Below are positions 38,695 to 51,520 of a stretch of 64,000 bases of DNA, one piece after another. The stretch is from Octopus vulgaris (lineage: Eukaryota), in NCBI GenBank assembly GCA_951406725.2, contig OX597820.1, positions 63,860,001 through 63,924,000 of the forward strand. The letters are read 5' to 3'. The notes below the pieces were generated by a model that had not been told where the DNA came from, searched no databases, and saw only the letters and a list, made by a program, of their open reading frames with translations. The position numbers and the translations under genes are program-made. The number at the start of each line of letters is the position of its first letter. Position 1 is the first letter of the stretch.

Positions 38695-41600
38695 TATATT
38701 AAGGAGAAAATCACTTTAATGATTTTATCAAGTGGCCAGCGTGAAGTAAAGAACTTGTAGGTAACATGTTATACTAATTTATAATTATATAAAATAATCT
38801 TACTAAACGGTGCGGATAAACCCCATCAACGTGCTAGGAATAAACGCCAAATGGCCCTAAAAGCAACATCTATACTCTATTAGCATATATATATACATAT
38901 ACTATTTTATATAATTCAGAATTAGTATGTGAGTGTGTGTTTACGTACAAAAACACGATGGATTCTTTCAGTTTCCGTCTGCCAAATTTAACAGTAAGGT
39001 TTTGGTCGGCCCGGAACTACAATACCACGAGCCTTCCCATTTATCATGGAACAGAAATGATTCTGAATTTATGTGACTCTGACGCAAACTTCTTAGTATA
39101 ATACTGGAAATAGTTTAGTCAAATAAATCAGTTTTATAACGCTTAACCAAGAGAGGATACGCAGCACCAAGAATATTTTCTGCTCCAATATAATAGTTAC
39201 ATTTTTTATGTCTCTCCGAATATTTGCAGATGAATATGTACATAAAACGAATGGATATGTGGAAATTCATTTCTGATTATTTCAGTTCTGGAACTTTTTA
39301 CTCTCAAAAGTATTTCTGGATTCCACAAAGATTATTTAGGTCTTTCGTGGACATTTGACTAACTCACCTTTCTTGTTTATATTATTTAGACGCAAGTCCG
39401 CTCTGAGCGAGCAAGTAGAGTTAAAACTGAATAGACTTTAAGCAATATTATTTTGTCATTTTTCGATGAATGTAGGAACATATCATTCAGTGTGTTCTCT
39501 GTTTTTTAATAGGATTGGATGTGACGTAAAGGCAATTTCCTACGATATCATTAAGCCGAACTGGCCATGTTCAGGCTCAATTAGCATACTGATTGGAAAA
39601 AATGTCAAAACTGTTTCCTTCAAATGGAGTTATTATTTATTTTGTGCTTTTGAAAAAGACGTTAGAACGTAATAAATGTACTAATGCTGTTAGGGAATTC
39701 ATTTAAATAACTTAACTTTTTTTCCTCAGATAGAAGTCTTGCCCAATCTTCTTATCCCTAAGTTGATTTCCCGAACACGTTTCCCATTGTTTTCAAGTAA
39801 GATCTAATCTTCTTTATAACATGATAGGTCATACACTGAATGTTCTTGCCCACCGTATTTAACTGATTGTATATTTCACATTGTATATCATACTTTATGC
39901 TGAATATCGGCAGACCCAATGCAGTGGTTCTACAAACTATAAATAAGCTCGCGATATCCCTCCATTCATACACTACTCTTTTACACAGAAAGACCGCAAT
40001 AGACAATATAATATTAGTTATACTATAAACACAATGATGTGAAAATACAGTATAATCATATCTGGTACACCACTAATCACAAGTCACAAAAAGCAGTAAC
40101 TGGCCTGTAGTAGTGAACAAACGTCTGCATTTTAGAAATTTCTAACCAGTGGAGCTCTTGTTGCGGAGTTAGCACCTGGTACCTTATTCAGAGAAAATGC
40201 TGGTCGGTCACAACTGCAAAATATGATCGAAGTAAAGGCTGAACAACAAGATATATAAATAACGAATTGTTCATTTGACTTATGTGTCATCCCGTATATT
40301 TGAACCAAGTCCAATGAAAGTTCATCAATTTTGTTGGTTCTAGGAACAATTCCGTTTTCTGCAGAGGATTTGCATGATGGCTGAGGATAACACATGAATA
40401 TTACTTATATGCAACACTCGATAGTGGGAGCCCTTATGTGATCACTCGACCATCTAATATATTGCAGCTAAATCTTTATTAAAGCAAACCCTTAAGCCTT
40501 AAAAAAGTGAAGGGAATATTATATAGTGTTATATAATATTATATGTATTCTCAAATACATTTAATAAGAGTTATGTTCGATTATGATATACCTTAAGAGG
40601 AAAAGAAAATATGAAGCAATATCTCGTTTCCACCAGTAATTTTCTAGTGAGAATTACTGGCGTATCACCTCTTAACAGTAAACGGGTGATAAACCGAGTA
40701 CTTCACCTCTTCTAGTACTCATCGATTTAAAATCTACTGTGACCCACTGTGAGTGCTTGGTTTCGTTATTGTAATTGTTATTGGCATTTTATCCTTTTGT
40801 CGTTTAATCCCATTAAATTCCAAACTAGTTTTATGATCAAAGACATCATTATCATTAATCTTTTCTCTCCGTTTCTTTCTTCTCTTTATTTTAGATATCG
40901 TATCGAAAATGTCCTTCAACTTTCAGACAGTAGGGGGAAATTTGACTAACACTTGACATTATCACTGTGTTATACATTGGTCTTGTATAGAAACATTCCA
41001 TTCATATTGGTTTAAAAGTTACACCAATACGACATTTGTATTTTTCAAAGCAGCAGCGATGATCAAGGACATAGGTCAGAGTCGCTGGAATGATGCATAC
41101 ATTTCTGTCGCTGCTGTTATCATAACACTAAACCATCCGTAATAAAACAGGCATCGAAGTACAGCTCATCTAGAAACTTCTGCATTTATTACTGTTAAGG
41201 TATGATAGACATAAGAGAGATTCGCATGCTATTTCTAGCATATGATTAAATTCATTTATCTATTCATTTATGTATTTATTTATTTGAAGTATCTAGGATT
41301 GCATTTTCCTTTCGTTTAGATGATGTTATGCGATTTGAATGCGTTTCAGCTGCTCCTTCTTTCAAATTAAACGGGCATTAATGGTTCTCTTGTTAACTGG
41401 TTTATATGCCTCAAGATTCTGTTGATAAGAGTGATGGAAAAAGGATAGGGGGACGTACTAGTATTAAAAGAAGTAGACATATATTTCTAGAAAAAGCTGG
41501 AAGCAACCTGAGAACAGAGATATAAAAATACAATAAAACAACGAAATATAAATAAATAGATAGATATGTAAATAAATAAAAAGGGCCCTAACTGACCCTT

Positions 41601-42343
41601 GCAAATGTAACGTGACGTGGAAGTCAATCGTTGAATTAACCACTTTAAGCCTTGAAGTTCTCGGCTCTTATCTGTACCGAGCGTAAGCTATGCTGAACGG
41701 AAGTGATGCTGAAGAATGACACTCGTCTTAACATTGCACCGGAAATGTATATAATTTATAACAACAAGATAAACGTTCTGCTGTCGGCATGGGCTGTTGA
41801 ATTTATTAGTTTACACTTGTTAGTTACTGTGTAATAGCATTCACACCCTCCCTTTCATTCTGTCTTTTTCATTTACAACTATGGGTCCCTATTGCAGCTC
41901 TTACTAAGATTTCGATGCTGCTTAGAAGCTAACTATTTTTTGTTTGTTTTAGAACACAATGTATAGAGAAAATATAAATAGTGGAATCAGATGAACGAAA
42001 AACATGAATGAGCCGCTAAGTCCCTGCATACAGCTATAAGAATGGTATGCATATAAAATTCAAAGAAACATGTACTATGTATCTATGTATGTATATATGC
42101 ACGTCAGCATGTATCCATGTATGTATGTATGTATGTATGATTGTATGTATGTATGTATGTATGTATGTATCTGTCTGTTTATCTATATATCTATCTATTT
42201 ATCTATCTATCTACCTGAATCCTAATTATAATTATGCATATAATCATAGAATTTTTGTATTTAACTGCTATTTCTAAATTTCGGTATGTGGTGAAGCAAT
42301 TTTTACTGACACTAATTATAATGATGTTTATGGTTATAGAATT

Positions 42344-42397
<54 letters not shown>

Positions 42398-42463
42398 TAC
42401 ACATCACACACGTGCGCACACCCACGCACTCACACACATGCACACACATATATTTAAATAATC

Positions 42464-42740
42464 AAGGGACCACAGCTATTTAATGCCTAGCCAAAACATC
42501 TGAAAGATCTTCATGGCGTAGGGGTTGAATGTTTTCAAAAGACAACTGGATCTCTTCTTGTACAATGCCTCAAATGAACCTATATCACTGCAAGAAACTA
42601 AAAAAAATGGCAGCAGAGTGCTCCCGCAATATCACCAAAAGCCATTGGCATAAGAATGGCCATTGAAAAGGTGCTTAAACTGGCGGTGCTCCAGCTTGGT
42701 CCCAGCCTTTTGCTTGACATGCATAAAAGAGAAAAAGAAT
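42464..42740 (+). mobile_element. CR1/L2-like LINE 3' end fragment
   Basis: KGPQLFNA*PKHLKDLHGVGV / VFKRQLDLFL..NEP resembles the CR1-group ORF2 C-terminus; tail GGCGGTGCTCCAGC...ATAAAAGAG. Confidence 0.65.
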
Positions 42741-43008
42741 ATATACATGCATATATATATATATATCATTGCTATTATGCAAAAGTGTCGTTAAGTTCAA
42801 AACGTTGCTTTTTCTGAAAACGAAAAGATAGTTAATCCATTCCATAGCCAAACAGTTGTACGACACGTTGACAAATTTTTATATCCTGGTATCTGAAGCA
42901 GCTGGAGATACGCTAGTTTGGCCAAAAGAACCGGCAATTAATATTGAAAAAAACGTACTTGCCCAAAGTTGGACATACGTCACTTTAACATGAATATATA
43001 TACACACA

Positions 43009-43117
<109 letters not shown>

Positions 43118-43140
43118 CATATATAAATAATATATGTATG

Positions 43141-43622
43141 TGAAGGCAACGACCAAGTGTTTACGGCAGCGGACTTGAAGTCGTAGAATCGCGGTTTCGA
43201 TTCCCAGACATGGCGTGTTTTATTGAGCAAAAATGCGTAAAGCTCCACGACACCTTGGCAGAGGATATTGGTGGCGAAATATTAGCACACCGGTTGAAAT
43301 ACTGCCGTTACCTTCTGAGTTCAAATTCCGTCGAGGTCGACTTTGCCTTTCATCATTTCGGGTCGATAAATTAAGTACCAGTTACGCACTGCGGTCGATG
43401 TAATCGATTTAATCCGTTTGTCTGTCCTTGTTTGTCTCCTCTGTGCTTAGCCCCTTGTTGGTAGTAAAGAAATAGGTATTTCGAATGTCTTTACGTTCTA
43501 TATTCAAATTCCATGCAATGTCGATTTGTCTTTCATCCTTTCGGGGTCGATAAATTAAGTACTAGTTGCGTACTGGGGTCGATCAAATAGGCTGCGCACT
43601 TCCCCCAAATTTTCGGGTCTTC
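43141..43622 (+). mobile_element. Chimeric SINE cluster: third-family head fused to a dimer of the first family
   Basis: 43141-43260 matches the 25233 head (GGTTTCGATTCCCAGAC...AAAGCTCCACGA); 43255-43620 holds two copies of the GCCTTTCATCCTTTCGGGGTCGATAAA core. Confidence 0.75.
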
Positions 43623-43846
43623 TATCTAGAGTAGAAAAGAATATTTCTTTTGAATCCAATTAATGTGTGTTCTGTTTTGGCCTTGCCACCAGGTTACATT
43701 CTGGATGAGTGCGTGAGGGAATAAGTGTATGTATAAGTGTATGAATCGGATTACACTGTAGAGCTAGTAAATGAAGCACGTGTATGAATGTACGTATGTA
43801 GCTGCAAACACTCACACATACATTTATGTATGTGTATATATATCTA

Positions 43847-43953
<107 letters not shown>

Positions 43954-43957
43954 TATC

Positions 43958-44021
<64 letters not shown>

Positions 44022-44176
44022 GTCTGTGTGTCTGTGTAAATAGATAGATAAATAGATAGATAGATAGATAGATACAGGATAGATTGAATGATAGAAAGAA
44101 AGAGAGAGGGGAGAGAGAGAAATAGATAGAGAGGATTGTATGTATGTGCGTCTTCGTAGACAGACAGACAGATAGC

Positions 44177-44221
<45 letters not shown>

Positions 44222-44479
44222 GGAGAGAGAGAAAATCGGAAATATTGCTCAATTTTCAAACTATATACGCGTTTGGGTTGCAGAATACCCCATCATTAAG
44301 TGTTTGATATCCACTTTCAAGCAATGTGATGCATACACTATGAATTGAGAAGCTACCTGTACCTCGAACCTTTGTTATGTAAACAGTTGCTGCACCTCGT
44401 CCGTACTTGTAAGTATTATAAAACACGTCCAGATAGTATTGGCGCAAGCCCAGGGGTTTCGGGGGACGAGAATAAGTGT

Positions 44480-44872
44480 ATTGCGTTCCTTAAAGTACTT
44501 AACTGGTACATATTTTACCGCCCCCAGAAGGATAAAAGGTCACGTCGACCTCGAAGGAATTTGAACTCAGAACGTAAAAACGGACGAAATGACACTAAAC
44601 ATCTTGTCCGGCGTGCTAGCGAATTTCCCAGGTCACCACGCAAGATGTGGATACAATATAGGTTTCGAATTTTCGTTCAGGGATACCAATTTGGTGGATG
44701 TGGATAAGTCCATCACGTCGCCTCCAGTGATCAACTGGTACTTATTTTATCAACCCCGAAAATACGAAAGGCAAATTCGACCCCGGTGGAATTTGAAACC
44801 AGGAAGTGATGACGGCCGAAATGCCGCTAAGCATTATGTCTGACGGGCTACCGTTTCTACCAACTCGCCGCT
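44480..44872 (-). mobile_element. Two minus-strand SINE copies (first family)
   Basis: AACTGGTAC...GATAAAAGG...GTCGACCTCG..GGAATTTGAACTCAGAACG; second copy ends CTACCAACTCGCCGC. Confidence 0.7.
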
Positions 44873-46571
44873 TTTGACGTGTAGATAATTATTAGGCAAT
44901 AATATTCATACTAATTCCTAAATATGTGCGTGAGTTTGTATGTGTGTGTGTGTGTGTGAGTGTGCGTGAGTGTGTATGTCAACGTGTGTGTGCGTATGTT
45001 CATGTGTGTGTGTGTGTGTGGGTATGTGTGCGAGTGTGCATTCATACATGCACACATACACACACAAACGAATGCGTAGAGCTACAAGAGAATTTGGGTG
45101 TTAGCGAATGCAATTAAAATGTGGCAAAGTGAATTCAGATGTGAACGCAATATTATACGCCATATTGGATGTTATATTCACATCTCCGCCTAAAAATAAA
45201 ACTCTTGTGTGCATGTTAATTAGTAATTCTAAATAAGCTCATAATTATATGGTAATTACTTTGAATCAGGGTAATATCAGTATCGCAGATAATGTTAAAA
45301 CTGAAATCTTGAATATGATACACTTGTTCAAAATATTCCACAGAAACATATAGAATGATTTGAGTGGAAAGAAATAAAGTGCACAGTTCAACACCGTCGT
45401 TTTATTACTTGCATAAATTTAGTAAAATTCAATTCTGTTTCGTAATTATAGTTTGTCGTTGTCTATCTCTTCTCTACGAATTTAGTTTTCTCCCTTTTGA
45501 AAAAAAGAGTGAAATACGCTTCACACACGTATAGGTACGCACACACGGCCAATCGCAAATAATACGCATATGTTCATATATTACACGTAGTATATCCATA
45601 ATCGTCAGCTACCATAAGACCAAAATCACTTCTAGACTAAACCAAGTTGGATTTAAATGTTTGATACTTACATCAAAGAGTAAAGAAGTGTTACAGAATA
45701 TACAAATTTAATATTGTTTTCCTATACATTATAAAGGTATCAAAGTTTGTAATCATCGCGCGTGTACTTCTGTATGCGTGTATGGTTAGCAGTAGCAAGA
45801 AATACGGCTTAGTTCAAGCCATGCGAGTGTTTCGAAGACGATTTTAAAAAACTCGGTTAAAAAGCTCAAGATACTAACAATTAGGAAGATCTTGCATCAG
45901 ACGGGGAGCTGTGAAGGAACCTGATAACAATTGCAGTTAAAGAATCTGAGAGCAACAGGTTTAAATGAACTGAGTTGAAACATGCTGGTAAATATATGGA
46001 GGATATTAAACACTCTTTCTGTGATGGGAGCGAAAGGGTCTCTTTTGTGTGATCAGTTTGATCATGTCTGCTTCTCAATTGCAGCCATACTCAGCTACGA
46101 ACGTGTTTATGGAGTCACACACGTTAACCAATGTGATATCCTGCATGAGCCTTCGTGCACATTTTGTAGCAGTTCAGAGGACTTGCTCGGCATTTTAAGT
46201 CGGAACCTTCAAATGGTTGGGCTGCTGCAAAAGGGCTAAATTTTAGTCGGTGTAGAATTACTATTAAGTTCTTTGCAGGCTTTAGGGTCCATATGAGGCG
46301 TCATCAGAGATGGGGAGGCAAAGTATGAGAGTTTTCTTAGAGTTAAATACGTTTAAAAAGTGCTCTTGCTCATTTACTGTAAAGGTTAATAAACACATGT
46401 ACAACGATATAGGAATAACAAGCAGATGTATTAGTTTAACGCTCGGAAAACAAGGAAACGGAGAAAGAAAAGAAGTTTTTGTATATGTATGTGTGTATGT
46501 GTGTGTTTAAATATATGTGTATTTATGCATTTATACACGCACACATGCATACGTACATATACATACACACA

Positions 46572-46645
<74 letters not shown>

Positions 46646-46651
46646 TGGATG

Positions 46652-46764
<113 letters not shown>

Positions 46765-47832
46765 GATACACATACTACAGACGTACATGTATAATGCCTA
46801 TTTACAGGCACATGCACGCCCGCACACAAACACACATACACATTACGGAGATAAATATATTCGTATATGCAACAAGAATGTAATTTTAACGTAATAACAT
46901 TAGCAGATATCACAAAGTAAGAGGAACTATTAATATTTCTAACATTAATTTAACTCAAGGAAAACAAGTCAACCTGTTCATGCACTGAAATAAATCTGAA
47001 TATATTCCACACGTAAATTGTTATTGGGCAAAGTGCTTTGATTCCGACACAAAGATGGTGTATCTTGTGTTAATCTTTGTTCTTCATCAGCTCCGGTAAT
47101 AATGCAGTTTGTAATTTGAGTATTGAATTGTGATATAAACACCGGTGTTACTAGAAATTTAAAAGATTAAAATTAAATCCTCCGATATTTACCAGAACCA
47201 CTCAGAACTTCGTACTACTCGATTCCTGTTACTTTTATGTGCAAAATTATACACAAGAGAGCAGAACAGTTTGAATTAACAACTAAAAGGTGCTTTTAAT
47301 ATGATGGAGATAGAGAAACATTCCATAGATGTAACGAGTATAAAAGCTTATGTAATAACTTTAATATAAGCTTAGTGTAATATACTTTATCAGAGAACTC
47401 AAAGAGATAGGAAATATTTATATTATAATGTGTGTGTGTGTGTCTATGTGTGTGTGTGTGTGTGTGTGCGTGTGTGTGTGTATGAATGTAAAGACAGTTA
47501 AAGGTGCGTATATCAAGGAAAACAAATCAGCTTATGTATACAAAGAAATATATATATATACGTATGCCATATATTTACTGGTGGTGGACAAAACGCAGTT
47601 TCAGTCACAAAATCGATGTACTTTATACGTATCTCCAGACATCAACAGCAGCAGTAATAACGGAGGTAGTAATTCCAGTATTTAGTGGTTTGTGTACGCA
47701 AGGTTGCAGGTTAAGATTATTTCCTCAAGTGGTTATTAAAAGCACTCGAATATATATGTAGGTACGGGTGAACAGATTGATTGATTGATTGACTGACGTA
47801 TAGATAAATAGATGTGTATATACTTGTATATG

Positions 47833-47904
<72 letters not shown>

Positions 47905-47906
<2 letters not shown>

Positions 47907-48298
47907 AAATAAGCAACGAGGATATCCAGATGTAATGCAGTACGGTCGTTTCATGCGACTCCATCTAATTGAGCAATGCAACCATTTCATTACATCAATT
48001 TAAAATGTAGAGCAAGCCACATCTGAAAGACATAGATTTTAATTAAATTAGAACAACACATTAGTATAATAGAGGATAAGGAGAGAGACAAAGAACATGT
48101 TTTACCAATAACATCATAGTTGTATCAAAGTTATACTAATGTGTCCTAATTTAATTAAATTCTATGTCTTTGGGCAGCTGAAGATTGCTCTACATTTTAA
48201 ATTGATGCAATGAAATGATTGCATTGTTCAAGTAAATGGAGTCGTATGAAACGATTGTACTACATTACCTCTGGATATCCATGTTGCTTGTTTTAATT
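47905..48298. repeat. Long diverged inverted repeat (~165 bp arms) carrying HHR-like motifs
   Basis: 47905-48070 pairs with 48130-48298; right arm GCAG-CTGAAGA-TTGC...GTAT-GAAA-CGATTG-TA-CTAC (48174-48263); left arm (minus) ...GCAT-GAAA-CGACCG-TA-CTGC. Confidence 0.8.
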
Positions 48299-48447
48299 TT
48301 AATCCCCTTATTTTAAAATTGTATGGATAACACCATACTAAATTCTGGTGTCTCAAGTTAAATACCATATTCTTCTGAATCAAAATGTTTACTATATATA
48401 TATATAGATATATATATCGTTATAATATAGATCCTCGTCCACTTGTA

Positions 48448-48742
48448 TGTTATTGTTGGAAGCCTAATATTCTTGTCGTCACTATTATGTTGTGCCAGTA
48501 TTCCGCGTCTTTTTATGTTTGACACGTGCACTCGCAGATAGTCCCGCAAGACAATGACTTTGATACATCTATATTGACGGTGACTCGTACTCATATATAG
48601 CTGGTAACTGACACTAACTCCAACTAAGAACTCGACAACAACTCTAGTAATACTGACTTCCTCCGACTGACTGTCTGACTTTATAGTGGCAACTCATACC
48701 AATTTGTCACGTGGGAAGGGGAGACCTATTTTCACTACAACA
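48448..48742 (-). mobile_element. Putative 3' LTR of the Gypsy element
   Basis: Minus strand TGTTGTAG...AATAACA (TG..CA termini), preceded by a short purine run AAGAGG; lies downstream of the integrase. Confidence 0.55.
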
Positions 48743-51520
48743 TACACCTCTTAGTTATTTTTCATCTTTGGGAAGCAAGTAATTTTATTTTACGTTATTC
48801 ACCTCTCTTCCCTTTTTAGCATTGTTTTGTTTTTCAACATATTATTTTTCTTTTTGATATTTATTTGTAGGAACTCTCTGTTCTTCTTTTTTCTTCCACT
48901 TGTACACTTGGGTTCAACCACCTGCAACGTTGTTGATACCCAGAATGTTTCTAGAGCCTTTCCATAGATTCTTCCAATCTGTCTGGTTCAGTTTCTATGA
49001 ATCCCTTCTTCAATTGGTTTCCGTGTCTTTCTTCAATAACTTTTCTGCTTTTAATTCCGTACATCATTTTCCCAATGTACTTCGTAAATTTCACCTTCTT
49101 CACAGTACTATTTTCCGTTTTTATACGACCTCATGCACACCTTATCCCCCATTTTGAAAACTTTTAGATTGTTTTTCCTGGCACTTTTTCTTTCCTCGCC
49201 TGGTAATAGTTTATCAAAAGCTGATTTCACCTTCCTTGCGAACATCAGTTTTGCTTGAGCTTCCTGCCGGTGTATTGTGGGTTCGGTGTTACCCTGTATA
49301 CCTTTAAGAATTGTTGTAGCCTGTCCATTTGATTTGGGATGATAAGTCCCTATATTTTTATGTTCGACCGTGAAAATTTCACTGAATTATCTAGATTCTC
49401 TGGACATAAATTGTGTTCCATTATCAGATACAATCACATCTGGGATGCTAAATCTTGCGAATACCGTTTCGGAAGTTGGTCTTTTGCACTTAACAATTTC
49501 CAGTCATTTTGTAAAAATGTCGACTACAACTAAGTAGTAATAACCATTTAAAGGACCCACAAAACCATTATGTAGTCTTGACCATGGACTGTTTACCTCT
49601 AGCCAAGGCTTCTATTTTTGAGTTGGCAATTTCGCTGCTAGACCACATCCTCTGCAGCCTTTTACTACGTTTTCAATGTCCTTGTCCATTTTCGGCCAAT
49701 ACCTATAACTGCGCATAAGCGCTTTCATCCTTATGATCCTCGGATGTCCAATATGGAATTCTTTCAACATTCTTTATTGTAAAGTTTCAGGTATCACTGC
49801 CCTTTGGTCATGCATCAGTACGCCGTCGCATATATGTTTAGCTGTATCTGTGTTTCATTACCAAGCCTATTTTTGTGTTTGTTTTTCGCTGTTCACTGAT
49901 TTTTGGTTTCATTAAGGAACTTATCTTGTGACGCGTGTCACTTTATCTCCTCCAGAGTTATTGGTACCTCTCGTACAATGTTCTACATTAGATGTTTAAT
50001 TTCCCCTTCGGCTCTTAGGGTTGCTATTACTGTGTCCTGGAATGGTTCGCCGTTTCTGGCTATTAACCTAGATAGGCCGCCAGCATATCCTAGATTTTTC
50101 GTAGGTAAATATTCCATTGCATGGTCGTAGTTTAGTAGTATGGTGCCCAATCGCTGCAACCTGTTTTCTGTATGTACTAGAATTCCATTCTTGGATCCAT
50201 AAATCGTTCGTTAGCAACAGGTGATAGTCAGTTTGTAGTCTAAACCGTCTACCATGTATAGACCTGTGGATTTTTTTATGCCAGATGTAAAATCCAATGC
50301 CTCTTTTTCAATTTGACAATAATTTTTTTTCGCAGGCAATGGCGTTCTCGACGCGTGAGCTATGGCCTTTTGGCTGCCATCTTCACATTTGTGTAGGAGT
50401 GTGGCACCTACTCCGTACACACTAGCATCTGTTGCCAGTATCGTTTCCAACTTTGGATCGAAGTGTGTAAGCGATAATTCTGAAGTTAATATGCATTTTA
50501 TTCCTCAAATGCCTTCTGGCATTTTCTGACCAAAACCATTTAGCATTCTTTACCGCGCCGACTACATTTTCACAGGCAACACTAATGGTATATCCCATAT
50601 TTTAAATAACTCCATGCATTCTGTGCCAAATAGGTTTAATGATTGTTTCAACATATAAATGATGCCCTTTTCGTTCACCACGAACAGTTACGTTGCAAAT
50701 ACATTCGCTGATGAAATATAATTTCTTTTCACTAACACCATATACTACTTTATTAGATGTAAATAATTTTGTCCTACCGATCGGTCACCATGTTTCTTAA
50801 TTAATGTTAGTGATGTCGCAACCCGTGTCTAATTGCATTTTGACACTAGTCATTTTGATTGTCACCTTGATGAATATTTTGTTCGTTGTACAAACTTTTC
50901 CACTGATGACAAACTATTTTTCTCTCGTTTGGTCCAATTTTTCGCCATCTTAGTTCTGCAGTGCGATTTAATTTGCCCTGTATTAACACACGAACACTTT
51001 GCTTTTTCGAACGGACACACTTTTCTAAGGTGCCTACCGCCACATGCATGGGTTTATCTCCTATTGTATATCGTGTTTTTTGTGAAACACTTTATCCGTC
51101 TTCCGGCACTTCCACACTGGTTTTATCTGTAAACAATCTGTGTGTCGAATTCCTAGTGTCGTGCTTCACTTCTAACATCACGTCGTACTATTCTGACGGT
51201 TTCTGGCGAGTTATATCCTGGTCCATTTCCAGCCTTGCGAGAATATTCCTTCTGACTTCAGTAAGTCCTTGAACAAAAAATCAGGCACTTGAACGAGTCT
51301 GGAATTAGTTTATCCAGTTTAAATCTCTCGCACTCTCTGTTCTATCGGCATATGTGGTAAAGTCTTCATCATCGCTTTTCTCAATGTTCAAACACTTCCA
51401 AAGTGTGTTGAACTACGATGATTTTTCTCTAAACATCTTACATAAAATGTCAATAGCGTCCCTGAAATATATGCCAGAAACTTTTTTAGGTAACATAAAG
51501 TTACAGTAATTTAGTACAGA
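48743..51520 (-). mobile_element. Decayed Ty3/Gypsy LTR retrotransposon internal region (gag, protease, RNase H, integrase; RT core missing)
   Basis: Protease QLDTGCDIT (~50830); RNase H TDASVYGVGATLLH..IAHASR..NYCQIEKEAL (50211-50450); integrase HHCC FHIGHPRIIRMKALMRSYRYWPKMDKDIENVVKGCRGC (~49650-49765); PWSRLH..GP..YLVVVD and IPDVIVSDNGTQF. Confidence 0.88.

Noticed and set aside
39730-39796. Possible coding exon (TTTCCTCAG ... GTAAGA), one open frame IEVLPNLLIPKLISRTRFPLFS
   Set aside because: No recognisable homology or partner exons; the region may be an antisense decayed LINE.
45840-46400. Possible ancient RTE-like LINE remnant on the minus strand
   Set aside because: No motif clear enough to support a call.
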